From Thermodesulfobacteriota bacterium (GTDB lineage Bacteria > Desulfobacterota_D > UBA1144 > Nemesobacterales > UBA2774), in assembly GCA_965216785.1 (NCBI GenBank), contig OZ244197.1, forward strand, positions 1,696,001 to 1,760,000: a stretch of 64,000 bases of DNA, read 5' to 3'. Shown here piece by piece: positions 40,000 to 49,984 of this stretch (positions within the stretch are counted from its first letter, which is position 1; every line of letters starts with the position of its first letter). A model generated the notes under the pieces. The model ran no database searches, was not told where the DNA came from, and saw nothing but the letters and a program-made list of their open reading frames with translations. Position numbers and translations under genes: made by a program.

Positions 40000-41607
40000 A
40001 TGTTCAATTTTACAAAAGACCAATCAATTTATGTTTTCATTCTGCTGATTATTTTAGTGATAATAGTCGGGACTTGTTTCATTCCGCTTAGTAATATGCT
40101 CCCCAATCGTGACTCTGGTGTATTTCTTTATGTGGGCCAACAAATTCTTGACGGAAGCATCCCTTATCGTGATATATGGGATCACAAAGGCCCAACTGTT
40201 TATTATATTAACGCATTGGGGCTGCTCATAGCTCAAGGCTCGCAGTGGGGAGTATTTTTCCTAGAGCTGCTTTCGCTCTTTATTGCTGCCTTACTCGGAT
40301 ACAAAGTGATGAGTAGAGCGTTTGGAAGGGCGCCCGCAGTTTGCGCTTCTATTTTGTGGATTTTTAGTATTTTTTACTTAAATATCGATGGATATGAAGG
40401 AAACTTTACAGAAGAGTACGCCCTGCCTCTAAGCTTTGCTACTATATATATTTTTTTGCAATCGAGGAATTCGAACTCAAAACTTGTATATTTTTTCTTA
40501 ATCGGGCTCATATTTTCGATTTCATTTTTGTTAAAACCCAATAGCACGGGAATACAGTTTTCCGTTTTATTATTTGTTTTTATTGAGGGAATTTTACAAA
40601 ATCGGATTTATGATCTGATTAAGAAAGTTCTTTCGTTTATTCTAGGTTCGTTAGTTATTCTGGTTCCTGTTTTAATCTATCTTAAGTGGAACGATGCCCT
40701 CAATGACTTATTGGATGTATTTCTTCGATACAACATTTTGTATTCTCACTCTTCTCTAAAGGATAAAATAGTTTCAATACTTCAAGGACTGTTTTATCTT
40801 GCTCCATCGGGGCTTATGTTTACAGCATTAGGTGCCTGGATATTCGGCTTATTTGCCTTAAGGGGTGGTTCAAGGCTACAAGAGAGCCAAAAGGACTTAA
40901 TTTATCTTAGTCTTCTGGCAATGCCTGTTGAATTTATATTCTCATCAATCACGGGAAGAATATATTATCATTACTACTTTTGCTGGCTTCCGGTATTTGC
41001 AGTCTTGACCAGTTACTTTTTTTCCATACTCCTTACACAAGTTTCCAGTACAAGTATCAATGTATATAAATACAAAATCGGAACGAATTACCTATTTTTA
41101 TCTGCTCTACTTATAGCTATGTGCAGTTTAACAAGTTTTATGGTTTATCATAATTTGAAGGAGCTCATATATTCATATGGTAAGGAACGGATTCCAGTTA
41201 TCGATAAAGTTGAGCGGCATAGAGACGGAGCGGAATATCTATTGATGTGGGGGGCTGAGGCCTCTGTCAATTATGCTACTAAAATTAAGTCTCCTACCCG
41301 CTATGTTTATCAGTATCCCTTATATACATGTGGTTATTACACAGAAGAAATGATTAACGAGTTCCTGGATGGCATTAGGGGAAAAAACCCTATAATCGTT
41401 GACACCTCTTCAACCAACGAATTCATTCCCCCGATTGATGATATTAAGAGAGAAAAGTGGGCATACCTGGCATTTGCAGGTAATAGTGGTGCTGATTGTC
41501 AGGTACTACAGGATATGGAAGAGGTGTTTGACTATATAAGCTCACAATACGAGCCGGTAGATACGATTGAAGAAAATGGATGGGTAATATATAAATTGAG
41601 ACAGTAA
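40000..41607 (+). CDS. GT-C fold membrane glycosyltransferase (ArnT/PMT, family 39-like)
   Basis: RDSGVFLYVG..IL.G.IPYRDIWDHKGP, NFTEEY, LLKPN, YYHYY; many TM helices. Confidence 0.8.
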   Translation: MFNFTKDQSIYVFILLIILVIIVGTCFIPLSNMLPNRDSGVFLYVGQQILDGSIPYRDIWDHKGPTVYYINALGLLIAQGSQWGVFFLELLSLFIAALLGYKVMSRAFGRAPAVCASILWIFSIFYLNIDGYEGNFTEEYALPLSFATIYIFLQSRNSNSKLVYFFLIGLIFSISFLLKPNSTGIQFSVLLFVFIEGILQNRIYDLIKKVLSFILGSLVILVPVLIYLKWNDALNDLLDVFLRYNILYSHSSLKDKIVSILQGLFYLAPSGLMFTALGAWIFGLFALRGGSRLQESQKDLIYLSLLAMPVEFIFSSITGRIYYHYYFCWLPVFAVLTSYFFSILLTQVSSTSINVYKYKIGTNYLFLSALLIAMCSLTSFMVYHNLKELIYSYGKERIPVIDKVERHRDGAEYLLMWGAEASVNYATKIKSPTRYVYQYPLYTCGYYTEEMINEFLDGIRGKNPIIVDTSSTNEFIPPIDDIKREKWAYLAFAGNSGADCQVLQDMEEVFDYISSQYEPVDTIEENGWVIYKLRQ

Positions 41608-41731
41608 AAGTATTAGAAATCTCAATGTCCGCGAAAAATACGGGTATCTTAGAGATCTTATCCACTTGTATTTTACATAAAGCGTTTGTCTGATTGAGTG
41701 CTATAATGTTGTCAAATAGGGGGGAGACAAT

Positions 41732-42019
41732 ATGAGCATAAACAAGAGTTTCGCGTCATGGAGGAAACAGATACTTTATTTCCTCATTATATCCGTCTTC
41801 GGTGCCGTCGCGGGCATCGCGCACGGAGTGTTTTTCGACCTTGAGTGGTCTCAGATACAGAGGCTATCCATATTTGGGATAATATTTACTACCGTGATCA
41901 TTTTCCCGTCGCTTCTTTTATTCGAATACGTTTTCGATATAGATAACCAAGCGGAGATTACAGAGTTAAAAAACAGGGTGGAAAAGCTCGAGAGTACTCT
42001 GAAGGCACAAGGCGAGTAA
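41732..42019 (+). CDS. Small membrane protein
   Basis: Two TM helices plus a short C-terminal coiled coil; RBS GGGGAG. Confidence 0.7.
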   Translation: MSINKSFASWRKQILYFLIISVFGAVAGIAHGVFFDLEWSQIQRLSIFGIIFTTVIIFPSLLLFEYVFDIDNQAEITELKNRVEKLESTLKAQGE

Positions 42020-42171
42020 GTACTCATATTGTTTTGAGATAATAGGAAAATATGATAATGTTGATAAGTAATGATAATGCTGAATAAGAATGCGATAATC
42101 TGGATTATGATTCTTGGATTATCAAAAAAATAAGTTTGCTGTGGGTTAAATATAATAGTGAGGGAAAAAAT

Positions 42172-44556
42172 ATGAATTTCAAAATTTTAGCAATACTGGC
42201 TTTGGTTGGCTTACTTTACGGTTGCAATTTGCAAGCGGAAGAGAAACAAACCGTTACGGCTTCGGAGTTGATAGATCGTTCGGTACTGCCAATACAACCC
42301 CCCAAGCGTGATCCTATAACTGAAATGGATGCTCGGAACGTCGAAACACCCGAGCGTTTTGATATAAAAGCCCCCGAAGGCGCTCCGAATATAGTAATAG
42401 TATTAATAGATGACATAGGCTACGGGGCATCGAGTACGTTCGGCGGCCCGATTTCTACACCGACGTTCGATAGGCTGGCTGAAAACGGCCTGCGGTTTAG
42501 CCGGTTTCATACTACAGCCTTATGCTCTCCAACAAGGGCGTCCTTACTTTCCGGCAGGAACCACCATGCGGTTAATGTAGGGTCTGTTATGGAGGTAGCA
42601 ACAGGTTTTCCCGGCAATCTAGGCCAAAGGCCTGATAACGCAAAATATGTAGCCGAAACTCTGCGCCAAAACGGTTACAGCACCGCCGCATTCGGCAAGT
42701 GGCATGAAACAGCGGCCTGGGAAGTATCGGTGTCGGGCCCGTTTTTCCGCTGGCCCACACATTCAGGATTCGATAAATTCTACGGGTTCATAGGTGGAGA
42801 GACCAATCAGTGGGACCCTGTTATATATGACGGCGTGACCAAGGTAGAGAAGAAGGACAACGAAGATTACCATTTTACGACAGACATGACCGATGAGGCT
42901 ATCGAGTGGATGAAATTTCAACATGCAATGACACCGGACAAGCCCTTTATGGTTTATTTCGCAACCGGGGCTGTACACGCGCCCCATCACGCACCGAAAG
43001 AATGGATTGAAAAATACGACGGGCAGTTCGACGGCGGCTGGGACAAACTACGCGAGGAAACATTTGCGCGTCAAAAGGAGCTTGGTTTAATTCCTGAGAA
43101 TACCAAATTGGCTCCAAAACCAGAAAGTATAAAAGATTGGGATCAACTAACACAAGAAGAGAAAAAGCTTTTCGCTATACAGATGGAAACATTCGCCGGA
43201 TTTACGGAACACACTGACAACGAGGTAGGACGCCTTGTGGATGCCATAGAGGAGATCGGCGAGCTCGACAATACGCTCTTTATCTATATTATGGGCGATA
43301 ACGGCTCCAGTGCCGAGGGGGGCTTAAACGGTACATATAATGAGCTCATAAATCTAAACGGGTTATTTGGTGTAGAGACTATCGAAAGTATGTCTGAAAA
43401 AGCCGATGAATGGGGAGGTCCCGATTCCTACCCGCACATGTCCGCCGCATGGGCGGTTGCTACGGACGTGCCTTTTACCTGGACCAAACAAATGGCCGCT
43501 GATTACGGAGGCACGCGGAACGGAATGGTGATGCATTGGCCAAGCGGTTTTTCTTCTAAAGGGGAGATCCGCTCGCAGTGGCACCACGTTAACGATATAA
43601 GCCCGACCATTCTTGAGGCAACGAAATTACCTGAGCCAAGGGTGATTAACGGAGTAGAGCAGCGTCCGATGGACGGGGTCAGTATGCTTTATGCTGCCAG
43701 AGATGAAGATGCCGAGGGCCGTCATACAACGCAGTATTTTGAGATGTTCGGCAACAGAGCCATATATCACGACGGCTGGCTTGCCCGTGTAGTACACCGC
43801 GTTCCATGGGAAGATAAACCCAAAAACACGCTCCAGGAAGATAAATGGGAGCTCTATAATACTGAAGAGGATTTTAGTCTCAGCAATGATCTGGCGGAGA
43901 CTAATCCTGAGAAGTTGGAAGAAATGAAAGCCTTATTTGAAAAAGAGGCTGTTAAAAATAATGTTTATCCCTTGGACGACCGTGTGTACGAGCGGTTTAA
44001 TCCAAAATTAGCGGGCCGCCCTGATTTAATGGGAGATAGAACCAGCTTAACTCTAGCAGAGGGAATGGACGGAATAATGGAAAATGCCTTCATCAATATA
44101 AAGAATAACTCTAAAACGATTACGGCGGACCTTGAGCTTAAAGGCAATGACCGGGGAATAATCTTGTCTCAGGGGGGTAAGTTTGGCGGCTGGGCTTTAT
44201 ACATGAATGAGGGCAAGCCCGCTTATACCTATAATTGGTTTGGATTGGAGAACTATACTATCACATCACCAAATGCCATCCCGAAAGGAAATGCGGAGGT
44301 TAAGCTGGAATTTGCCTATGAAGGCGGAGAAGAGCTTGGTAAAGGTGGTACCGCTACCCTTTATGTGAATGGAGAAAAGGTCGCTGAAGGTCAAATCGAA
44401 AAGACTATACCTGCTGTTTTCTCTGCTGATGAAACCGCTGATGTTGCAAAAGACGATGCTACACAAGTAGCAAACACCGTATTCAAAAACATGAATGATT
44501 CTGAATTTACGGGGTACGTTAAGAAGGTGGAAATAAGCATTCCTGAAAAACAATAA
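42172..44556 (+). CDS. Arylsulfatase (Cys-type, lipoprotein)
   Basis: Lipobox LLYGC, PNIVIVLIDDIG, formylglycine motif LCSPTRASLLSG, GKWH, GDNG. Confidence 0.93.
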   Translation: MNFKILAILALVGLLYGCNLQAEEKQTVTASELIDRSVLPIQPPKRDPITEMDARNVETPERFDIKAPEGAPNIVIVLIDDIGYGASSTFGGPISTPTFDRLAENGLRFSRFHTTALCSPTRASLLSGRNHHAVNVGSVMEVATGFPGNLGQRPDNAKYVAETLRQNGYSTAAFGKWHETAAWEVSVSGPFFRWPTHSGFDKFYGFIGGETNQWDPVIYDGVTKVEKKDNEDYHFTTDMTDEAIEWMKFQHAMTPDKPFMVYFATGAVHAPHHAPKEWIEKYDGQFDGGWDKLREETFARQKELGLIPENTKLAPKPESIKDWDQLTQEEKKLFAIQMETFAGFTEHTDNEVGRLVDAIEEIGELDNTLFIYIMGDNGSSAEGGLNGTYNELINLNGLFGVETIESMSEKADEWGGPDSYPHMSAAWAVATDVPFTWTKQMAADYGGTRNGMVMHWPSGFSSKGEIRSQWHHVNDISPTILEATKLPEPRVINGVEQRPMDGVSMLYAARDEDAEGRHTTQYFEMFGNRAIYHDGWLARVVHRVPWEDKPKNTLQEDKWELYNTEEDFSLSNDLAETNPEKLEEMKALFEKEAVKNNVYPLDDRVYERFNPKLAGRPDLMGDRTSLTLAEGMDGIMENAFINIKNNSKTITADLELKGNDRGIILSQGGKFGGWALYMNEGKPAYTYNWFGLENYTITSPNAIPKGNAEVKLEFAYEGGEELGKGGTATLYVNGEKVAEGQIEKTIPAVFSADETADVAKDDATQVANTVFKNMNDSEFTGYVKKVEISIPEKQ

Positions 44557-44796
44557 TCTGCGGGAATTCAAGCGAGTTTCCATTTAGCAGTGTTTGAGCT
44601 TGGGATTATGTAAATGCTGGCAGGTTAATTCTCTTCGTTCTTTGCTTAATATGCCTATAAGAGAAGTACTTTCGTCTATTTAACCCTTTTTCTACGAGGA
44701 TGGCTATAGCTTTGTTCATGCTCGGAACGTTTGACGCTATCTGTGTTGAGGTCATAATATATATGTAATTAATACCGCAATAGGGAGAACCGTGAT

Positions 44797-45390
44797 ATGA
44801 AAAGCAGGCTAGGCTTATCTATAACTCTGATATTTATTCTTTCCCTTACTCTAGGCTGTGTGCAGAAAAAGCAAGAAGACGCAGAAGAATCGTACTCGGT
44901 TTCTCAGATTCAGCGCGGACGACAGCTGGTGGCCGCGTCCAATTGCAGCGACTGCCACTCGCCAAAGATCCAGACCCCTGAAGACGACTTGACACCTGAT
45001 CCCACAAGGCTCATGTCCGGGCATCCGGAGGGCACTCCGCTCCCCGATCTTCCATATGAGAATATAGGCGCTCCCGGATGGGAAAGGGTTGTTTACACTA
45101 CGGATATGACCGTTTGGGTAGGTCCCTGGGGGGTGAGCTACTCGGCTAACCTGACTCCTGATCAGGAAACGGGTATCGGAGGCTGGACAGCGGATGATTT
45201 CGTAAAGACCATGCGCACAGGCACACATATGGGAATGGGTAGAGAGCTAATAGCTCCGATGCCCTGGGAAGACTACGCGAACTATAGCGACGAGGACCTC
45301 ATGGCAATCTACGCATACCTGAGAACGCTGACCCCTATCAGCAACAAAGTGCCTGCCCCCATCCCTCCGGACGACCCGTTGTTTCAATAA
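44797..45390 (+). CDS. Monoheme c-type cytochrome lipoprotein
   Basis: LTLGC lipobox, CSDCH, ANLTPDQETGIGGW, MPW. Confidence 0.85.
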   Translation: MKSRLGLSITLIFILSLTLGCVQKKQEDAEESYSVSQIQRGRQLVAASNCSDCHSPKIQTPEDDLTPDPTRLMSGHPEGTPLPDLPYENIGAPGWERVVYTTDMTVWVGPWGVSYSANLTPDQETGIGGWTADDFVKTMRTGTHMGMGRELIAPMPWEDYANYSDEDLMAIYAYLRTLTPISNKVPAPIPPDDPLFQ

Positions 45391-45483
45391 CTGCTGGGCA
45401 TATGTAGGGGCGCTTTTACATACTCTGCCTGAATAACTTGAGCAGGGCGGTTCCAATTTCACTCAATATAATTTCCCGACTTC

Positions 45484-46557
45484 TTAGTGAGAGGTGGTTT
45501 TCTCTTTAAGAATCTCCAGTACCGGTTTTGGCGTGTTGTCGGTATTTGGCGGCAATATCGGGTATTCAACTTTCGGCTGATCACCTGTCAGTGTTAATAG
45601 GAAAGCAGTGATATTCTCAACATCCTCGTCCGTAAGCTCGATTCCAAGCTGGGCCGAGCCCATAACGCCGACCGCTTGCTTTAGGCTCCAAACTTTCCCG
45701 GAATGAAAGTAGGGAGGAGTTAGCTCAATGTCTCGGAGCGTTGGCACTTTAAAGACAAACTTATCACTTTCTGTATTGGTAACCGCAAACCTTCCTTTAT
45801 CATCGGGGGGGAGTATATCCGCGCCTGGTTTCTGAACTAATCCAAATGGGAAATAACCGCTACCACCCATGTTAATCCCATTGTGGCACCCTGCGCAGCC
45901 CTTATCAACAAAAAGGCCGAGCCCTTCTTTTTCCTGAGCGTTAATTGCATCTTGATTACCTCCCAGGTATTGGTCAAAGCGTGAATTGGGTGTGAGTAGT
46001 GTTGCCTCAAATACTTCAATTGCCTTCACCGTGTTATCGAAAGAAACGGGGTTTTTGTCTTCCGGGAACGATTTAGTGAATAGCTCGACATACTCAGGCA
46101 TGCTGTTTAGAGTTTCTACGACTCGCTCCGGGGAATTGTTCATTTCAACTGATGCCTGCACCGGACCCTTGGCCTGCTCGGCGAGGTCCTTTGCCCTGCC
46201 GTCCCAGAACTGAGCTATATTAAATACGGAATTAAGTACTGTCGGGGCGTTCCTTGGGCCCCTTTGCCATGCGTGACCGACCGAAGTTTCTTGAAGATCA
46301 ACACCGCCCGTTCCCAGGTTATGGCAAGTATTGCAGCTTATGAGATTTGATGCAGATAATCTGGGCTCAAAGAAAAGCATCTTCCCAAGTTCTACTTTTT
46401 CAGGGGTTATAGGGTTGTTATCAAGTTCAGGCGGACTGTCGGGTACAGGTTTAAACAGGGCTTGTGACTTTTGAAGCAGATCATCCTCTGCCCGTATGGG
46501 CAGTGTTAAAATTAATGGTAATACTAAAAGGCAAGCCGTCAGAATTAACGTTCGCAT
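45484..46557 (-). CDS. ccp: Di-heme cytochrome c peroxidase
   Basis: LGKMLFFEPRLS, SCNTCH, RNAPTVLN, QFWDGRA, CAGCH, FKVPTLR, PYFHSG. Confidence 0.95.
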   Translation of the reverse strand: MRTLILTACLLVLPLILTLPIRAEDDLLQKSQALFKPVPDSPPELDNNPITPEKVELGKMLFFEPRLSASNLISCNTCHNLGTGGVDLQETSVGHAWQRGPRNAPTVLNSVFNIAQFWDGRAKDLAEQAKGPVQASVEMNNSPERVVETLNSMPEYVELFTKSFPEDKNPVSFDNTVKAIEVFEATLLTPNSRFDQYLGGNQDAINAQEKEGLGLFVDKGCAGCHNGINMGGSGYFPFGLVQKPGADILPPDDKGRFAVTNTESDKFVFKVPTLRDIELTPPYFHSGKVWSLKQAVGVMGSAQLGIELTDEDVENITAFLLTLTGDQPKVEYPILPPNTDNTPKPVLEILKEKTTSH

Positions 46558-46641
46558 CTTCTAATCTCCTATATTAAGTATCTAAATCGCGCTCTTTGTT
46601 TATGGGCGGACTATATTACTTTACTTTTTTAAGAATAACAA

Positions 46642-46875
46642 TTAAAGCTCAATTGCGACATTATGATTTTTGGCCGTACTGCCCTCTACCTTTATAATAC
46701 TCTCAAGTTCGCTACAGCTTAGGTGCTTGGTGTTTTTTATCACCAGTTTTGAATCGGAAAGACTGCTTACAGAAGCGAAGCTCTGCATATCCTCTACCGA
46801 CCAGTCAGATGCATCGATAATAACCTCGGGCACATATGATAATATCTCTAAAACTTCATACTTTTGTCTGGACAT
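46642..46875 (-). CDS. Small hypothetical protein
   Basis: RBS AGGAGG; 77 aa between ccp and adh on the same strand. Confidence 0.65.
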   Translation of the reverse strand: MSRQKYEVLEILSYVPEVIIDASDWSVEDMQSFASVSSLSDSKLVIKNTKHLSCSELESIIKVEGSTAKNHNVAIEL

Positions 46876-46950
46876 ATAAGCCTCCTTGTGGCTTCATAAC
46901 CAACATTTTTAGTCTTAGCCGCTTATGTGCAATCAGTATCCTAATGTCGC

Positions 46951-48006
46951 TTAAGGCTGTATCGCAACTTTTATAACCCCGTCTTCCTGCGACGCGAACA
47001 ATCTGTATGCCTCCTCAATATCATCTAGAGAAAAGCGATGCGTTATGAGCTGTCTCAGATTTACCCTCTCGTTTTTAACCAGGCTCATAAGTCTCCTCAT
47101 TCTTTCCTTCCCGCCCGGACACAGTGTAGAGACAATTTTTTTATCTGCCAAGCCAAAGCCGAAGTCCTGGTTAGGAACCCCGATGTCATGGAGCTCTGTT
47201 GGGTATACGCCAAGGCTTGAGATCGTCCCGCCTACGCAGGTGGATCTTACACAATTCTCAAAGCTCTCCTGAAGCCCTATAGCCTCGATTGCTACATCTG
47301 CCCCTCTTCCCCCAGTTATGTCCATAACAGTATTTACAGGGTCATCGGATTTGTAATCTATTACGATATCAGCTCCCATTTTCTTTGACATTTCCATTCT
47401 CTGAGGCACGGTGTCAACGCCTATGATAAGCGATGCGCCCTTTAATCTTGCCCCAGCTACTGCGCTTAGTCCAATCGGCCCTTGTCCGAATACAACTACT
47501 ATGTCACCCACTTTGATTTCTGCGCTCTCAGCGCCGGATAGCCCGGTGGAAAAGATATCGGTCGTGAATAATACATCCTCATCCGACAGCTCGTCCGGTA
47601 TTCGGGCAAGATTGGCCATAGCGTTTGGGATCTTCACATAATCCGCTTGCGCTCCGTCAATGGTATTCCCCATCTTCCAGCCGCCCAGGAACCCTCCGCA
47701 CTGAGCCCAATGCGCGGAGAGACAGTACTCACACATACCGCAGGGTGTAATGGCATTTATGGCAACACGTTCTCCAAGCTCATAGCCCGAAACTCCCTCT
47801 CCGATATCGTGTATCACTCCAACCGGCTCATGCCCTATAATCTGACCGTGCTCCACCGGGTACTCGCCTCTCATTATGTGAACATCTGTACCGCATATAG
47901 TAGTAAGCGTTACCCTGATAACTGCTTCCCCCTGTCCCGCGACAGGGATAGGGCGATCCTCTAAACCGATTTTATTTACGTCTTTTAATATATTTGCTCT
48001 CATCAT
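46951..48006 (-). CDS. Zinc-dependent alcohol dehydrogenase family protein
   Basis: ICGTDVH, GHEPVG, CGMCEYC, TDIFSTG, GQGPIG. Confidence 0.92.
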   Translation of the reverse strand: MMRANILKDVNKIGLEDRPIPVAGQGEAVIRVTLTTICGTDVHIMRGEYPVEHGQIIGHEPVGVIHDIGEGVSGYELGERVAINAITPCGMCEYCLSAHWAQCGGFLGGWKMGNTIDGAQADYVKIPNAMANLARIPDELSDEDVLFTTDIFSTGLSGAESAEIKVGDIVVVFGQGPIGLSAVAGARLKGASLIIGVDTVPQRMEMSKKMGADIVIDYKSDDPVNTVMDITGGRGADVAIEAIGLQESFENCVRSTCVGGTISSLGVYPTELHDIGVPNQDFGFGLADKKIVSTLCPGGKERMRRLMSLVKNERVNLRQLITHRFSLDDIEEAYRLFASQEDGVIKVAIQP

Positions 48007-48063
48007 GCTAAATTACCTCCCCAGTTATTTGGTATTTACCCTTACTTCCTATGTTAATAAATG

Positions 48064-48078
48064 GCAATTCTTATGCCA
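48064..48078 (-). promoter_or_regulatory. sigma54 -24/-12 promoter of adh
   Basis: Minus strand TGGCATAAGAATTGC (GG-N10-GC). Confidence 0.7.
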
Positions 48079-48150
48079 CATGGGCAGCATTCATATGTAG
48101 TTGGATATTATGAACAATCTGAGGTGTAGGAAATCGGTTCTTTATGTTGT

Positions 48151-48167
48151 TGTAAGATTTTAGGACG
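48151..48167. promoter_or_regulatory. Candidate enhancer-binding-protein site
   Basis: TGTAAGATTTTAGGACG, ~75 bp upstream of the adh sigma54 site. Confidence 0.5.
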
Positions 48168-48225
48168 GCTAGATCATCATGTACTTTATATTTTAAGTCG
48201 GGTTATTAGACAGTGCTGTAGTCGG

Positions 48226-49233
48226 TCAACTCTTGATACGCTCTTCTGAAATTTGATTCACACATTCACGGCCTTCTTCAAAATCTTTTATATTTGAAAG
48301 AGTCGTATCCGCGATTGCTTCAAGCGCTTCTCTTGTAAAGAAAGCCTGGTGCCCTGTGATAAGCACGTTCGGAAAGGTCAGTAGGCGCGCGAAGACGTCA
48401 TCCTGTATCACCTCGTTAGTTAAATCCTCAAAGAACAGTTCTTCCTCTTCCTCATAAACGTCCAGTCCGAGATAGCCTATCTTCCCAGACTTTAGAGCCT
48501 GAATGACCGCCTTTGTATCAATCACTGCTCCCCTGCTAGTATTTATAATCATTACTCCCGGTTTCATCTTATTAATAGCATCGTTGTCAATCATGTGGTG
48601 CGTATCGGGCGTAAGAGGACAGTGAAGGCTGATTATGTCGGATTCACTGAAAAGCTGGCCAAGAGAAGTATAGGTTACGCCCAGGGCTTCACACTCTTTG
48701 GCCGGATAGGGGTCGTATGCTAATATCTTACAGCCCAATGCCTGCAGTATTCTTGCTAGAGCGGTTCCAATCTTCCCCGTGCCTACGATGCCTATTGTTT
48801 TACCGCTCAGGTTATAACCCAATAGCCCTTCGAGTGAAAAATTACCGTCCCTGACTCTAGAGTAGGCGCGGTGGGTCTTTCTGATGAGAGAAAGAATGAG
48901 GGCTAGAGTATGCTCTGCTACGGCCTGAGGGGAATAAGAAGGTACTCTTACTACCGTTATGCCGAGCTTCGCCGCATCTGCAAGGTCTACATTGTTAAAG
49001 CCCGCGCAGCGAAGCGCTACAAGCTCCGTTCCTCCTTCTTTGATTACCTTAAGGACATAACCGTCCAATATATCGTTAACAAAAACACAGACTGCTTTGA
49101 ATCCCGAAGCAAGCACAGAGGTTTCTCTATTTAGCGGCGGTTCAAAAAAAACCAGCTCGTGATTATAAAATTTGTTTCCCGCCTCTAGGAATTCCCTGTC
49201 ATACGATTTAGTGCTGAATACAGCTACCTTCAT
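48226..49233 (-). CDS. ldhA: D-lactate dehydrogenase (D-2-hydroxyacid dehydrogenase)
   Basis: MKVAVFSTKSYD, ALRCAGFNNVD, VPSYSPQAVAEH, GTGKIG, LDVYEEE, TGHQAFFT. Confidence 0.92.
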   Translation of the reverse strand: MKVAVFSTKSYDREFLEAGNKFYNHELVFFEPPLNRETSVLASGFKAVCVFVNDILDGYVLKVIKEGGTELVALRCAGFNNVDLADAAKLGITVVRVPSYSPQAVAEHTLALILSLIRKTHRAYSRVRDGNFSLEGLLGYNLSGKTIGIVGTGKIGTALARILQALGCKILAYDPYPAKECEALGVTYTSLGQLFSESDIISLHCPLTPDTHHMIDNDAINKMKPGVMIINTSRGAVIDTKAVIQALKSGKIGYLGLDVYEEEEELFFEDLTNEVIQDDVFARLLTFPNVLITGHQAFFTREALEAIADTTLSNIKDFEEGRECVNQISEERIKS

Positions 49234-49336
49234 GTGAATCACCCCGTTATTATAGAGAGTAAAGCCACCGCTTCTCTTAATCAAGACACTTACAGCAATA
49301 GCATTGCTGCATGATACCAGAAGACTGATTATTAAA

Positions 49337-49353
49337 TGTATGAAAATCTTACA
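49337..49353. promoter_or_regulatory. Candidate enhancer-binding-protein site (TGT-N11-ACA)
   Basis: TGTATGAAAATCTTACA. Confidence 0.55.
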
Positions 49354-49413
49354 ACGGACAGCCTGGTTAGCTGTTTTATGGCTTCCTAACTCACATTATA
49401 AGCGTCTTAGGTA

Positions 49414-49429
49414 TGGTACAAATCTTGCT
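49414..49429 (+). promoter_or_regulatory. sigma54 promoter of the ppsA operon
   Basis: TGGTACAAATCTTGCT (GG-N10-GC). Confidence 0.65.
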
Positions 49430-49528
49430 GATAGTGTGAATAGTATAGTTGGACGGCGAATGTATTACATATCATAATTAATTGGGCGTTAATAACTGTT
49501 CAAAGTTTATATTTGGGAGGGACGAAAA

Positions 49529-49951
49529 ATGAGAAATTTTGTTTTTGTCACTTTATTCGCTTTTACTTTCTTCTCTGTACTGGGAGTTCAACATACGTAT
49601 GCAGAGAAGGTTCATGTCGTTAGGCTCAATAAATCACATGGGATAGTCGATAAAGAAAGGCCCAATGAGCTCACGGCGTATTTAGTATCGGAAAACGGTA
49701 GCGGGGGAGTGATAGTGACGCCAGTTGAGAGTCCCAAGTTCGGAATTATCAGAACGATTTATGCGAAAGAGAAAAAGGAGCTTCCGGATATCGGGCATCC
49801 TGGCGGCATAAAATCAGGCATTGAGCTTCGTATAGTATTTGAAGACTCCATGGTCGATCTTCCTCCTGAGGCCTGGATCACGCTTAATATCTACCAGTCA
49901 GGCGCAACCGAGATATGTACATACAGTATGGGATCTATTGTATGCGGATAA
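49529..49951 (+). CDS. Exported hypothetical protein
   Basis: RBS GGAGG, signal peptide ending TYA-EK, C-terminal Cys pair. Confidence 0.7.
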   Translation: MRNFVFVTLFAFTFFSVLGVQHTYAEKVHVVRLNKSHGIVDKERPNELTAYLVSENGSGGVIVTPVESPKFGIIRTIYAKEKKELPDIGHPGGIKSGIELRIVFEDSMVDLPPEAWITLNIYQSGATEICTYSMGSIVCG

Positions 49952-49984
49952 TCATTTCCTGCATAAGTGAGTAAGGAGGCCCCT

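Noticed and set aside
49300-49322. sigma54 promoter for ldhA (minus strand TGGTATCATGCAGC)
   Set aside because: GG-GC spacing is 9 rather than the required 10.
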